This document shows, piece by piece, positions 36,682 through 46,698 of a stretch of DNA of 64,000 nucleotides; within the stretch, counting starts at the first letter, position 1; the number at the start of each line of letters is the position of its first letter. The translations under genes and the position numbers were made by a program. Origin of the DNA: an uncultured Elusimicrobia bacterium (lineage in GTDB: Bacteria > Elusimicrobiota > Elusimicrobia > UBA1565 > UBA9628). Location of the stretch: the NCBI GenBank assembly GCA_964358485.1, contig CAYHPY010000004.1, positions 10,796 through 74,795 on the forward strand, in the 5' to 3' direction. Below the pieces are notes generated by a model. The model saw only the letters and a program-made list of their open reading frames with translations, was not told where the DNA came from and searched no databases.

Positions 36682-38277
36682 ATGAACCTCAACGACCTCT
36701 TGGACCAATCGGCCGCCGCCAATTCCGGCGCCCTCGCCTTCGTATCGCAAAATTCCAGCATCACCTACGGGGAGCTGCGCCGCGCGGTTTTGGAAACCGC
36801 CGGGGGCTTCGCCAAAAGGGGGGTCGGCCCGGGCCACTGCGTGGCCATCATCCACCGCAACAGCCAGGATTTCGTCATCGCCTACCTCGCCCTCAACCGG
36901 CTGGGCGCCATCGGCGTTCCGATCAATTTCATGATCCAGAAGGCCGAGGAATTGGCCTACATGCTCAAGGATTGCGGCGCGGTCGGGGTCGTGTCTCAAA
37001 AGGAGTTCCTCAAAGGCGTCCGGGCCGCCGTGGCCCTGGCCCCGACCGTCAAAACCCTCTGGGTGACCGACGTCCCGGATTCGGAATTGAAAAAAGGGGA
37101 GGAATGGTTCTCCCGCCTTCGGCAATTCGGGGATTCCTTCCCCGCCCGGACGGTTTCGGAATCCGACGTGGCCGCCATCCTCTACACCTCCGGGACCACC
37201 GGCTCACCCAAGGGCGTGATGCTGACGCACCGCAACCTGGTCACCAACGCCGACGCCGCCATCAAAGTCATGCGCCTCAAAAAATCCGACGTCGGGCTCT
37301 GCATCCTGCCCATGTTCCACAGCTTCGCCTGGACCGGCTGCGTTCTGGTGCCCCTGCGCCTGGGGACCAAGGCGGTTATCTCCCCGGCCATCACCCCGGC
37401 AAAACCCTGGCTCAAGCTCATGGCGTCCCACGGGGTGACGCTGTTTGCGGCCGTGCCCCAGCTTTACGCCGTCCTGGCCAAGGAGGTCACCGGCCTCAAG
37501 GGCCTGGTGATGCGCTATTGGTTCTTCCGCAAAGTCCGGCTGGCCATCTCCGGAGCGGCGCCGCTGAGCCCCACGGTCCAGAAGGCCTTCGAAAAGGCCC
37601 TCGGGGTGCCCATCGTGGAGGGTTACGGCCTCACCGAAACCAGCCCCGTGGCCACCATCAACGTCCCTTCCGCCCGGCGGCGGGGCAGCGTCGGGCCCGC
37701 GGTCCAGGGCGTCCAGCTCAAGATCATCGATGACGCGGAGAAGACCCTCGCGACCGGAGAAGAGGGGGAAATCTGCATCAAGGGCGAGAACGTGATGAAA
37801 GGGTATTACAACCTTCCCGCGGAAACCAAGGCCGCCTTCACCAAGGACGGCTGGTTCAAGACCGGAGACGTGGGCGCGCTCGATGAAAAGGGCTATCTCT
37901 ACATCCGGGACCGCAAGAAGGACATGATCATCGTCAAGGGGCTCAAGGTCTTTTCCGCGCAAGTGGAGGCCAGCCTCCTGGAGCACCCATCCATCGAAGA
38001 GGCGGCCATCATCGGCGTTCCGGATGAGACCGGGGATGAGGTGATCAAGGCCTTCCTCGTCCTGCGCAAGGATTCGCCCGCCGACAAGGCGGCCTTGATG
38101 AAATTCTGCAAGGAAAAGTTCGACCCCTACAAGCGCCCCCGAGACGTCGAGATCGTGGAGTCGCTCCCGAAAAACGCCCTGCAGAAGGTGCTCAAGCGGG
38201 TCCTCCGGGACCGGGAGATGGCCAAGAGGGACGCCGGAGCGCCGCCCCCGCAGTCCGGCCGGAAGGCCGCCGCCTGA
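36682..38277 (+). CDS. long-chain-fatty-acid--CoA ligase (AMP-binding enzyme)
   Basis: A GGAGA RBS precedes the ATG. The AMP-binding motifs YTSGTTGSPKGVMLTH, GYGLTET and C-terminal IVKGLKVF are present. Confidence 0.9.
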   Translation: MNLNDLLDQSAAANSGALAFVSQNSSITYGELRRAVLETAGGFAKRGVGPGHCVAIIHRNSQDFVIAYLALNRLGAIGVPINFMIQKAEELAYMLKDCGAVGVVSQKEFLKGVRAAVALAPTVKTLWVTDVPDSELKKGEEWFSRLRQFGDSFPARTVSESDVAAILYTSGTTGSPKGVMLTHRNLVTNADAAIKVMRLKKSDVGLCILPMFHSFAWTGCVLVPLRLGTKAVISPAITPAKPWLKLMASHGVTLFAAVPQLYAVLAKEVTGLKGLVMRYWFFRKVRLAISGAAPLSPTVQKAFEKALGVPIVEGYGLTETSPVATINVPSARRRGSVGPAVQGVQLKIIDDAEKTLATGEEGEICIKGENVMKGYYNLPAETKAAFTKDGWFKTGDVGALDEKGYLYIRDRKKDMIIVKGLKVFSAQVEASLLEHPSIEEAAIIGVPDETGDEVIKAFLVLRKDSPADKAALMKFCKEKFDPYKRPRDVEIVESLPKNALQKVLKRVLRDREMAKRDAGAPPPQSGRKAAA

Positions 38278-39797
38278 AGCCGGAGATCCCCGGTCCGGCG
38301 CTCGACTTCATCCGCGGCGCCGCGCGCTGCTGCCGGTCCTCCAAGGGCACGCCGGAACCCCTTTACCTCGTCGGAGGCGCCTTGCGGGACACCGTCCTGG
38401 GGCACCCCTTCGCCGACCTGGATTTCGCCGCCCGGGACGCGCTGAAAATCTCCCAGGCTCTGGCCCGCGCCTACAAGGGGACCTTGGTCCCGCTTGACGA
38501 GAAGCTCGGCGTTTACCGGGTGGCCCTGCCCGCGGGTTCGGCCCTCACCCACCTGGACGTTTCCGAAATCCAGGGGGAAGGGATCGAAGAGGACCTGCTG
38601 CGGCGCGATTTCACGATCAACGCGCTCGCCCTGGAGGTCGGGCCGGACCAGGGGGGGAGCTTCCGGGATAACGAACTGCTCGATCCCCGAGGGGGTTTGA
38701 AGGACCTGGAGCGGAAAGTGTTGAGGACCGAAAGCGCCGCTCCGCTTCGAGATGACCCCGTGCGGGTCCTGAGGGCGTTTCGGATCGCCGCCGAGGCCGG
38801 CTTGACCATCGAGGAGCGAACCCTTGGGTTTGCGTCCGCGGCGCGGCAGGGCTTGCGGAGGGAGGCCGGGGAACGGATCCAAAACGAATTGATGGCTCTG
38901 CTGAGCGTCCCAAGAACGGCCCCATGGTTGGATTTGATGGACCGGGCCGAAGTCCTGACGGTCGTCTTCGAGGACCTCGAGGCGTCCCGGAAATGCGCCC
39001 TGGAATATCACGGCCCCGGCGGCGTGCTGCGCCACAGCCTCGACGCCGTGTCCCGGGCGGATTTCCTGCTGGAACGGCTCGGAGAGGCCTTCCCGGATTC
39101 GGCCCCCGGCCTGAGGGATTACCTGGCCTCCCGCTCCCGGCCCGGCCGGCCCCACGCCGCCCTTCTGCGCCTGGCCGTCCTGCTCCACGACGTCGCCAAG
39201 CCCATGACGGCCAAAAGGGTGGGGGGACGCCTGCGCTTCTTCGGTCACGACTCCATCGGAGCCAAAGCCGCCGGCGACATATTGCGCAAACTCCGTTTCC
39301 CGGGAGACGAGGCGGACGCCGTCTCCCTGGTCGTCCTGCACCATCTGCGCCCCGGCCACTTAGCCGCCGGAGCCGGAGTCACCGAACGGGCGGCCTACCG
39401 GTTTTTCCGGGACGTGGGCCCCCGGACGCCGACCGTCCTGCTGTCCTGCTGGGCCGACCACGCCAGCTATTTGTCCCCCGAGGATCTGGAGCGGCTCCTC
39501 CCGAGATGCTCCGAAGACCCGCAAACCTCGAACCTCTCCCGACTCAAGCCGGAAAACGCCCGGAAAACGGTCCACCACCTTCGGATCATCGCCGACCTCC
39601 TGCGCCGAGGCCTGGCCCAGCCCGAGGCCGCCGCCGCCCCGATGCTGGACGGCCACGCCGTCATGAAGGCCCTGGACCTTCCGCCGGGGCCCAAGGTCGG
39701 CAAGATCCTGGCGCGCCTGCGGGAGGCCGAGGCCCTGGGAAAGGTCAAGACCAGAAGCCAGGCCCTGGACTTCATTTCCCGCCTCAAACTGAAATAA
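38274..39797 (+). CDS. cca: CCA tRNA nucleotidyltransferase / poly(A) polymerase-family enzyme with HD domain (5' end uncertain)
   Basis: The head-domain motif LYLVGGALRD...DLDFA lies upstream of the first canonical start (38382). The frame is open back to 38040 with no ATG/GTG/TTG, so an in-frame CTG at 38274 is proposed. An HD domain (LLHDVAKP...GHD) is present. Confidence 0.7.
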   Translation: MKPEIPGPALDFIRGAARCCRSSKGTPEPLYLVGGALRDTVLGHPFADLDFAARDALKISQALARAYKGTLVPLDEKLGVYRVALPAGSALTHLDVSEIQGEGIEEDLLRRDFTINALALEVGPDQGGSFRDNELLDPRGGLKDLERKVLRTESAAPLRDDPVRVLRAFRIAAEAGLTIEERTLGFASAARQGLRREAGERIQNELMALLSVPRTAPWLDLMDRAEVLTVVFEDLEASRKCALEYHGPGGVLRHSLDAVSRADFLLERLGEAFPDSAPGLRDYLASRSRPGRPHAALLRLAVLLHDVAKPMTAKRVGGRLRFFGHDSIGAKAAGDILRKLRFPGDEADAVSLVVLHHLRPGHLAAGAGVTERAAYRFFRDVGPRTPTVLLSCWADHASYLSPEDLERLLPRCSEDPQTSNLSRLKPENARKTVHHLRIIADLLRRGLAQPEAAAAPMLDGHAVMKALDLPPGPKVGKILARLREAEALGKVKTRSQALDFISRLKLK

Positions 39798-39831
39798 TTA
39801 AGCAATAGCATACTGTTACTTATAGTGCAGG

Positions 39832-42537
39832 ATGCTTTCCGCTCCATTCCGGGCCGCGATTCTCCTGTTTTTCCTGTCGACCCCGCGGGTTTGGGGGGCC
39901 CCGAGCGCGCCCGTGCTTTCCACCGGAACGGCCGTGGGGACGACCTCGATCCTCTGGAACTGGACCGCCCCCTCGGACCTGGCGGCCGTCTGCCCGACGG
40001 GAACCCAGACCTACACCCTCTTCGACATGGCCACGGGCCTTCCGGTCACCTCCGTCCTGCATCCTTCCGTTTCCATCCAGGAGAACTTCGGAGGTCTCCC
40101 CAACACCCGCTACGTCCGCGGCGTGAGCGTGGCGTGCAGCTGCCTGGGCTGCGGCACCAGCCCCCTGTCCAACAGCTCGACCATCTACTCTTTGGCCGCC
40201 GCGCCCGCCAATCCGGGCGCCTCCTCGGTCTCGACGGGCACCATCGTCCTCAACTGGAGCGCCAACTCCAATCCGTCCTACACCCGCTACGAAATCACCC
40301 TCTCGACGATCAGCTACGCGCTCGGAGTCACCTCCCCGGTGGTTTACACCGACAACCTCACGCTGAGCACCAAGGCCTTCACGACGCTGAGCCCCGGGAC
40401 CACCTACTTTTTCCGGATCCGCTCCTTCAACGGCAGCGCGGCCGACGCCTCCGGGGCGCAATTTTCCGCGCTGACGAGCACCGACATTCCGACTCTGCCC
40501 GACCGGGCGGTCGCGGCGGGCACGGCCCTCTCGACCGGCTCCCTGCGCTGGACCTGGAACCTGGTCCAAGGAGCCACGGGCTACCGCGTCTATTCCAATT
40601 CGGGCGAGTTCATGGCCGACGGCCCCATCGTGGCCGTCAGCTCAGGCGGGCTGGCCGCCAGCGCCGGCTACGGGATTCAGGTCGAAGCCTACAACCGTTC
40701 CGGGGCCGGGCCCCGGGGCACGGCGTTCGCCTTCACCAAACCCCGGACCCCGATCAATTTCTCGATCGTCTCCGCCGACACCAACACCATCGGCATCTCC
40801 TGGGACGCCGACGGCAACGCCGCGGGGACCTTTTACGAAATCTACACCGCCCTCGATCCCGCGTTTCTCTCCCCGATCGCCACCAACACCGTGACCCAGA
40901 CCAGCGCCTCCCTGGGAGGGCTGTTCCCGGGAAGCACCTACTACGTGCGCCTGCGGGCGCTCAACGGCGGGCAGCTCGCCTCGGCCTTCACCGCCATCCG
41001 GTCCACGGTCACCCCCGTGACGGCCGGTCTCAGCCAATCGACGGCCCCGGCCTCGCCCTACGCCACCGTCGGCACCACCATCGGAATCTGGCATCTGGAC
41101 GCCAGCTCCGGAACGGCGGCCGTCGACGCCGGATCCTTGAGCAACGCCGGGACCATGACCTGCCAGGGGCAGGGCTGCACCTCGACGCCGACCTTCACGA
41201 CGGGCCTGACGGGAATGGGCAACGCCGCCTCATTCAGCGGAGTGCCCAACGCCATGGTCCGGATCGCCAGCCTCCCGGCCTATGACTTCACCGGGGCCAT
41301 CACGGTCAGCGCCTGGGTCCGCCCCGCCACCGCGTCCCAACCCCTGGGCGCGGCGATCGTCGCAAAAGGCACCGGGACCTACGAATCGTTCGCCCTGGAC
41401 ATCTCCTCGAGCTCCTCGGGCTCGCGCCATTTCCGCTTTTTGGTGACCGGACCCGGGGGAGCGGGCCCCGTCACCTATGTCGCCGTCGCGACCTCCGCGA
41501 TCCGGGCCGGTCAATGGGACCATGTGATCGGCGTTTACACCCCGGCGGGGACCCCGAGCGTCAAAATTTTCGTCAACGGGTCCCTTTCGAACACGAACGC
41601 GACGGGGGTGGCCGCGTCGAGGGTCGTCTCCCGGGCCCCGATCACGATCGGCAGCCGGCAGTCCGCGGCATCCTCCTACGACCTCTCGTTGACGGGCGCC
41701 GCCGACGAGATCCGGATCCTGGACCGGGCCTTGACCGATTCCGAGGCGGCCATCGAATACCGGTCCGGCTTTCCGGGGGCGGTCGCCCCACCCTCGGCCA
41801 ACGGCCGGCTGGTCCTGTCCATCCCGCCCAACGCCTTCAACGGGACGGCGGTGGTCTTCTTTTCCGCCGACCCCCTGCGCGAACCGGTCCGGTCCGCCGA
41901 CAATTTCGTCTCCCAGGGCCTGGCCATCCTGCCCACGACCCAGACCTTGATTCCCAACTCCCTGATCGAAATCGTCCCCACGATCAACGGAACTCCCTAC
42001 GCGGGGGACCTAGGATCGACGGCCACCCTCACGGTCCCCTACACCGACGCGGACAACGACGGCACGGTCGACGGCACCTCCCCGCCGATCTCCGCCTCAT
42101 CGCTGAAGCTTTACCGCCTGGAGACCACGGTCCTGCGCTGGGTGGAACTGGCGACGACGGTGGACACCGCCAACAAATTGGTCACCGGCCAAACCACCCA
42201 TTTCTCCGTCTTCGGCCTTTTCGGAGCCAGCTCTTTCGCCACCGCCCTCTCCCAGGCCCGGGTCTATCCCTTGCCCTGGAAACCGGGCTCGGGCACGCGT
42301 TTTGACGCGGCCGGACTGATTTTCGACGGCCTGGGGACCAGCGGGTCCATCCGGATCTACAACCTGGCGGGCGCCGAGGTGGCCCATTTCTTCTTCGGGG
42401 TCGCGGACCAGGGGCGCAAAACCTGGGACGGCCGCAATCGGGATGGAATTCCCGCCGCCAGCGGGCTCTATTTCGCGGTGGTCCGCGGGAGCTCCGGAAA
42501 CGACACCGCGCTTTTGAAATTCATTCTGGAACGATGA
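39832..42537 (+). CDS. large secreted surface protein: fibronectin-III repeats + LamG/ConA-like lectin domain + C-terminal T9SS-type (Por_Secre_tail-like) sorting domain
   Basis: A signal peptide is followed by repeated FN3-like units (W.W motifs) and a LamG-like block (WHLDASSG...GAADEIRILDRAL). The C-terminal ~80 aa read RVYPLPWKP...IRIYNLAGAEV...WDGRNRDGIPAASGLYFAVV. Confidence 0.7.
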   Translation: MLSAPFRAAILLFFLSTPRVWGAPSAPVLSTGTAVGTTSILWNWTAPSDLAAVCPTGTQTYTLFDMATGLPVTSVLHPSVSIQENFGGLPNTRYVRGVSVACSCLGCGTSPLSNSSTIYSLAAAPANPGASSVSTGTIVLNWSANSNPSYTRYEITLSTISYALGVTSPVVYTDNLTLSTKAFTTLSPGTTYFFRIRSFNGSAADASGAQFSALTSTDIPTLPDRAVAAGTALSTGSLRWTWNLVQGATGYRVYSNSGEFMADGPIVAVSSGGLAASAGYGIQVEAYNRSGAGPRGTAFAFTKPRTPINFSIVSADTNTIGISWDADGNAAGTFYEIYTALDPAFLSPIATNTVTQTSASLGGLFPGSTYYVRLRALNGGQLASAFTAIRSTVTPVTAGLSQSTAPASPYATVGTTIGIWHLDASSGTAAVDAGSLSNAGTMTCQGQGCTSTPTFTTGLTGMGNAASFSGVPNAMVRIASLPAYDFTGAITVSAWVRPATASQPLGAAIVAKGTGTYESFALDISSSSSGSRHFRFLVTGPGGAGPVTYVAVATSAIRAGQWDHVIGVYTPAGTPSVKIFVNGSLSNTNATGVAASRVVSRAPITIGSRQSAASSYDLSLTGAADEIRILDRALTDSEAAIEYRSGFPGAVAPPSANGRLVLSIPPNAFNGTAVVFFSADPLREPVRSADNFVSQGLAILPTTQTLIPNSLIEIVPTINGTPYAGDLGSTATLTVPYTDADNDGTVDGTSPPISASSLKLYRLETTVLRWVELATTVDTANKLVTGQTTHFSVFGLFGASSFATALSQARVYPLPWKPGSGTRFDAAGLIFDGLGTSGSIRIYNLAGAEVAHFFFGVADQGRKTWDGRNRDGIPAASGLYFAVVRGSSGNDTALLKFILER

Positions 42538-43541
42538 GACCCGAACGATCGCCGCGCCCGCGCCGGAAAACGGCCTTGCTGGCCGCGCTGCTGCTTTGGG
42601 GGCCGGGCCCGGCGGGAGCCGCCTATAAAAAAACGGACTCCGGGACCACGGTCGGGCAGTTTTTGAAGCTCGGGGCCGACGCCCGGGCCGCCGGCATGGG
42701 CCAGGCCGCCCGGGCCTTGGCCGAGGACGCCACCGCGGTCTACTGGAATCCCGCCGGGCTGGCGGGGCTCCAACGGAGGCACGCCACCGTGACCCACGCC
42801 GTCTACCTCCAGGATGTGTTTTACGACTTCATGGCCTACGCCCAGCCCGTCGAGTCGGTCCTCGGACGGGGGGTGCGCGAGCGGGAACTGCGGACCAGCC
42901 CGCTGGGCTCGATCGGGGTCGGCGTGATGTATCTCAACTCGGGACGGTTCGGAGAGCTCGACAACACCGGCGCACAGACCGGAGCGACCTTCATTCCCCA
43001 GGACCTGGCCGTGATGGCCGCGTGGGGGGGGAGCGTGACCCGGAATCTGGACCTCGGCCTCGGGGTCAAATACATCGCCTCCCGCATCCACGCGGCGGCC
43101 GCGACCGGAGCGCTCGACGCGGGAGGACGCTGGCGCTGGAAGCTGCTGGGGCGCCCGGCGGTCTTCTCCTTCAGCGTCCACCATGTCGGCGGCAATCTCC
43201 GCTACAACAATTCCGAGGAGACGCTCCCGACCACCGTCAGCGGGGGCGGAGCGTTGAAACTGACGCGGGATTGGTCGTTGGCGGCCGAATTGTTGGCCCC
43301 GCGCGACGGACGGATCTACGGGGTGGTCGGCACCGAATTCCGCTGGCGCTTCGACGGGGATTCGGCGGCGACCCTGCGGGCCGGCTACAACGGCCTTGCC
43401 AGCTCCCGGGAACTGGGGGGATTTACCGCCCTGACCGCCGGGGGAGGCTACCAGGCCAAGCGCTATGGGGTGGACTACGCCTGGACTCCGTTCGGGCGGC
43501 TGGGAGACATTCACCGCTTCACCCTCTCCTTCAGTTTTTAA
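42534..43541 (+). CDS. PorV/PorQ-like outer-membrane beta-barrel, paralog 2
   Basis: AAGMGQAARALAEDATAVYWNPAGLA ... C-terminal YAWTPFGRLGDIHRFTLSFSF. It overlaps the upstream surface-protein gene by 4 nt. Confidence 0.7.
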   Translation: MRPERSPRPRRKTALLAALLLWGPGPAGAAYKKTDSGTTVGQFLKLGADARAAGMGQAARALAEDATAVYWNPAGLAGLQRRHATVTHAVYLQDVFYDFMAYAQPVESVLGRGVRERELRTSPLGSIGVGVMYLNSGRFGELDNTGAQTGATFIPQDLAVMAAWGGSVTRNLDLGLGVKYIASRIHAAAATGALDAGGRWRWKLLGRPAVFSFSVHHVGGNLRYNNSEETLPTTVSGGGALKLTRDWSLAAELLAPRDGRIYGVVGTEFRWRFDGDSAATLRAGYNGLASSRELGGFTALTAGGGYQAKRYGVDYAWTPFGRLGDIHRFTLSFSF

Positions 43542-43575
43542 TACACGGGCCAATAAGCTAAAATCGCCCCTGCAC

Positions 43576-44553
43576 ATGGGCAAAAGGGTCCTGGTCACCG
43601 GCTGTTCCGGCTACATCGGAGAGCTTTTGGTTCGCCATCTCCTGGCCCATCCGCTCGTCCAGAAGACCGTGGCCGTGGACGTCAAACCGTCCCCTCTGCC
43701 CCAAGGGCCCAAATTCAAGCATTACCCGGCCGACATCCGGGACGAATTCCTCCTGCGCAGCCTCCTTGAGGAAGAGCGGATCGACACGATTTTCCACCTG
43801 GCCTTTCTTTCCGAGGAATCCAGGACCGCCCTGGCCCGCGCCGTGAACGTGGACGGCTCCCTGACGGTCTTGGACGCCGCGCACAAAAGCTCGACGGTCT
43901 CCAAATTGATCGTGACCAGCTCCTCTTTGGCCTACGGAGCCCGGGCCGACAATCCCCGCCCGCTGAGGGAGGAAAACCCCCTGCGCGCCACGAACTTCCC
44001 CTACGCCGTCCACAAGCGGCTGGTCGAGGAGGAGATCGGCAAGATCCTCCCGCAGTTGCGCCGCAACCTCCAGGTGTCCATCCTCAGGCTCTGCACCGTG
44101 GTCGGCCCCCATGAACGCCGGGAAGGGACCATCCGGTTCTTCTGCCGGTCCCCTCTCGGCGTGACCGCGCTTCTGCGGCCGGGAGGGCTTCAGTTTTTGG
44201 CCGAGGACGATCTGCTCAAGGTCCTGACCCGGGCCATGGAAACTCCGGAATTCCGCGGGACCTACAACGTCGCCCCGGACGATTTCACCACGGTCGCCGC
44301 CTTGTGCCGGAGCCTGGGAAAAACACGCCTGGCCCTGCCCTACCCGTTGGTCTGGGCCTTGTTTTACCTGCGCAAGAGGATGGACCCCCGGTCCCCGATC
44401 AACGAGGATCTGGCCCGGTTCATCGCCCACCCGATCATCCTCTCCAACGAGAAAATCAAGAAGGCCCTCGGGATCACCTTCCAAAAAACCTCGGAGCAGG
44501 CCTTTCTGGAGTGCGCCCGGGCCCTGTCCAACGGCGCGGAGGCGGCCCCGTGA
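43576..44553 (+). CDS. NAD-dependent epimerase/dehydratase family protein
   Basis: MGKRVLVTGCSGYIGELLVRHL is a Rossmann GxxGxxG. The YxxxK region is present. Confidence 0.8.
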   Translation: MGKRVLVTGCSGYIGELLVRHLLAHPLVQKTVAVDVKPSPLPQGPKFKHYPADIRDEFLLRSLLEEERIDTIFHLAFLSEESRTALARAVNVDGSLTVLDAAHKSSTVSKLIVTSSSLAYGARADNPRPLREENPLRATNFPYAVHKRLVEEEIGKILPQLRRNLQVSILRLCTVVGPHERREGTIRFFCRSPLGVTALLRPGGLQFLAEDDLLKVLTRAMETPEFRGTYNVAPDDFTTVAALCRSLGKTRLALPYPLVWALFYLRKRMDPRSPINEDLARFIAHPIILSNEKIKKALGITFQKTSEQAFLECARALSNGAEAAP

Positions 44554-45242
44554 CCGGGAATCTCAAATGCTTCCTCGGAGAATTCCTGGGAACTTTCGCC
44601 CTGGTCCTGTTCGGGGCGGGCGCGACGTGCATGGACGCGCTCACGGGGGGAAACGTGGGCCTCGTGGGAACGGCGCTCGCCGCGGGGCTGACTCTGACGG
44701 TGGCGACCTGGACCTACGGCCCCGCCTCCGGGGGCCATTTCAACCCGGTCCTCACCCTGGCGCTTTTGGCCAATCAAAGGATCGAACCCACCAAGGCGGT
44801 CCTCTACGCGGCCTCACAACTCCTGGGCGCCGCCTGCGGCGGACTCCTGCTGGGGGCCGTCCTCCACGGCCGGCCCGAGCTGGCCTCCGCGCCGACCTTT
44901 CTCGGGGCGTTCGAACCCTCCGCCGTCGGGTTTAAGGCCGCCACCCTTCTGGAAGCTCTGGGAGCCTTCCTCCTGGTTTCCGTTTACTACGCGACCGCCA
45001 TCGACCCCCGGGGAAACCCGGCCCACGCCGCCCCCGCGGTCGGACTGACCCTCGTTTTGAGCGTTCTCGCCATGGGCCCCGTCACCGGGGCCGCCCTCAA
45101 TCCCGCGCGGGCCTTCGGGCCCGCCGTCGCCTCGGGACATTGGACCGACTGGTATGTTTACTGGATCGGCCCGGTCGCCGGGGCCTTGGCGGCGGCGTTC
45201 ATCCAGGAGAAGATTTTCCTCTCCAAAAATCGCCCCTCGTGA
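44550..45242 (+). CDS. aquaporin (MIP family)
   Basis: A GTG start overlaps the upstream stop. Two NPA boxes are present (GGHFNPVLTLA, ALNPARAFGPA). Confidence 0.9.
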   Translation: MTGNLKCFLGEFLGTFALVLFGAGATCMDALTGGNVGLVGTALAAGLTLTVATWTYGPASGGHFNPVLTLALLANQRIEPTKAVLYAASQLLGAACGGLLLGAVLHGRPELASAPTFLGAFEPSAVGFKAATLLEALGAFLLVSVYYATAIDPRGNPAHAAPAVGLTLVLSVLAMGPVTGAALNPARAFGPAVASGHWTDWYVYWIGPVAGALAAAFIQEKIFLSKNRPS

Positions 45243-45249
45243 GGAACCC

Positions 45250-46698
45250 ATGATCCCCGTCTCCAGCCTGAGCCTGGCCGCAACCGACGAACGCGACGCG
45301 CCGCTTTGCCTGTTCTCCCACCCGGGGGGCGTCCTGGCGGGCGCCGGGGCCCTGCCGCCCGCCCTGCGCAAGGACCTGTCCGCGCAAGCCGCGGCGGAAG
45401 GCTTCACCGGAGAGCTCGGGGAATGCGTCGGCCTGCGGGCCGACCGGGGCGGGCGTTCCCGCCGCTTTCTTATCGCCGGAGCCGGCCGCCGCGAGGACGC
45501 CAGCCCGGAAACTTGGCGCCGCGCCGCGGGGGTCCTCTACCAGCACGCCCGCGGGCGCTTCGAGGAGATTTCCGTCCTCCCCGGGCCCGACGCGCGCGCG
45601 ACCGCCGAGGGCCTGATGCTGGGCTCCTACCGCTTCTCCGAATACAAGAAGGCCGACCCCTCGCGCCTGGCGCGGGCCGGGCTGGTGTTTGCCGGAGCCG
45701 CCGCCCGCCGGGGGATCGAAAAGGCCTGCGCGGAAGCCGCGATCATCGCCGACGCCGTGGCCATGGTCCGGGACCTCGTGGACCGGGCTCCCTCCGACAA
45801 GACTCCGGAAAGCATCGCCGCCCTGGCCCAAAACCTGGCGGGGGCGCAGACCAAGGTGACGGTCATCTCCAAGGCCGAGGCGGAAAAATTGGGGATGGGG
45901 GCCTTCCTCGGCGTGGCCCGCGGGGGCGGGGCCGATCCGGTCTTCCTGCACCTGACCTATAAGCCCAAGGGAGCGCGCCGTAAAATCGGCTTGGTCGGCA
46001 AGGGAATCACCTTCGACTCGGGCGGCCTGAGCCTCAAGCCCGCCGCCTCGATGGAAACCATGAAAATGGACATGGCGGGTGCCGCGGCCGTGCTCGGCGT
46101 TTTCAAGGCCCTCCCGCAATTCAAGATCCGGGCCGAAGTCCACGGGTTCTGCCCCTTCACCTACAACCTTCCGGGCCCCGACGCGGTGCGGCCCGGGGAC
46201 GTGCTCAAGGCGATGAACGGAAAAACCATCGAGGTTCTCAACACCGACGCCGAGGGCCGATTGGTCCTGGCCGACGCCCTGGTCTACGCCTGCCGCCAGA
46301 AATTCGACGCGATCGTCGATCTGGCCACTTTGACCGGGGCCGCCGTGGTCGCCTTGGGCAGCAAGGTGACCGGCGCGATGACCAATAACCGGGCCCTCTT
46401 GGCCCAACTCTTCTCGGCCTCCAAGCGGGCCGGGGAAACCCTCTGGGAGCTCCCCCTGCCCCGGGAATACCGGGAAATGATCAAGAGCTCCTTCGCCGAC
46501 CTCAAGAACATCGGCAAGCCGGGGGAGGCGGGGACGATCATCGGGGGCCTCTTCCTGCAGGAATTCGTGGACGACACCCCATGGGTCCACCTCGACATCG
46601 CCGGCACCGCCTGGACCGACTCGGACACCCCGACCTGCCCGAAGGGGGGAACCGGAGCCCTGGTGCGGACCTTGGTCGAATACCTGAAGGCCCTATGA
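45250..46698 (+). CDS. pepA: leucyl aminopeptidase (M17)
   Basis: The M17 active-site signatures [11 protein letters not shown] and [14 protein letters not shown] are present. Confidence 0.92.
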   Translation: MIPVSSLSLAATDERDAPLCLFSHPGGVLAGAGALPPALRKDLSAQAAAEGFTGELGECVGLRADRGGRSRRFLIAGAGRREDASPETWRRAAGVLYQHARGRFEEISVLPGPDARATAEGLMLGSYRFSEYKKADPSRLARAGLVFAGAAARRGIEKACAEAAIIADAVAMVRDLVDRAPSDKTPESIAALAQNLAGAQTKVTVISKAEAEKLGMGAFLGVARGGGADPVFLHLTYKPKGARRKIGLVGKGITFDSGGLSLKPAASMETMKMDMAGAAAVLGVFKALPQFKIRAEVHGFCPFTYNLPGPDAVRPGDVLKAMNGKTIEVLNTDAEGRLVLADALVYACRQKFDAIVDLATLTGAAVVALGSKVTGAMTNNRALLAQLFSASKRAGETLWELPLPREYREMIKSSFADLKNIGKPGEAGTIIGGLFLQEFVDDTPWVHLDIAGTAWTDSDTPTCPKGGTGALVRTLVEYLKAL

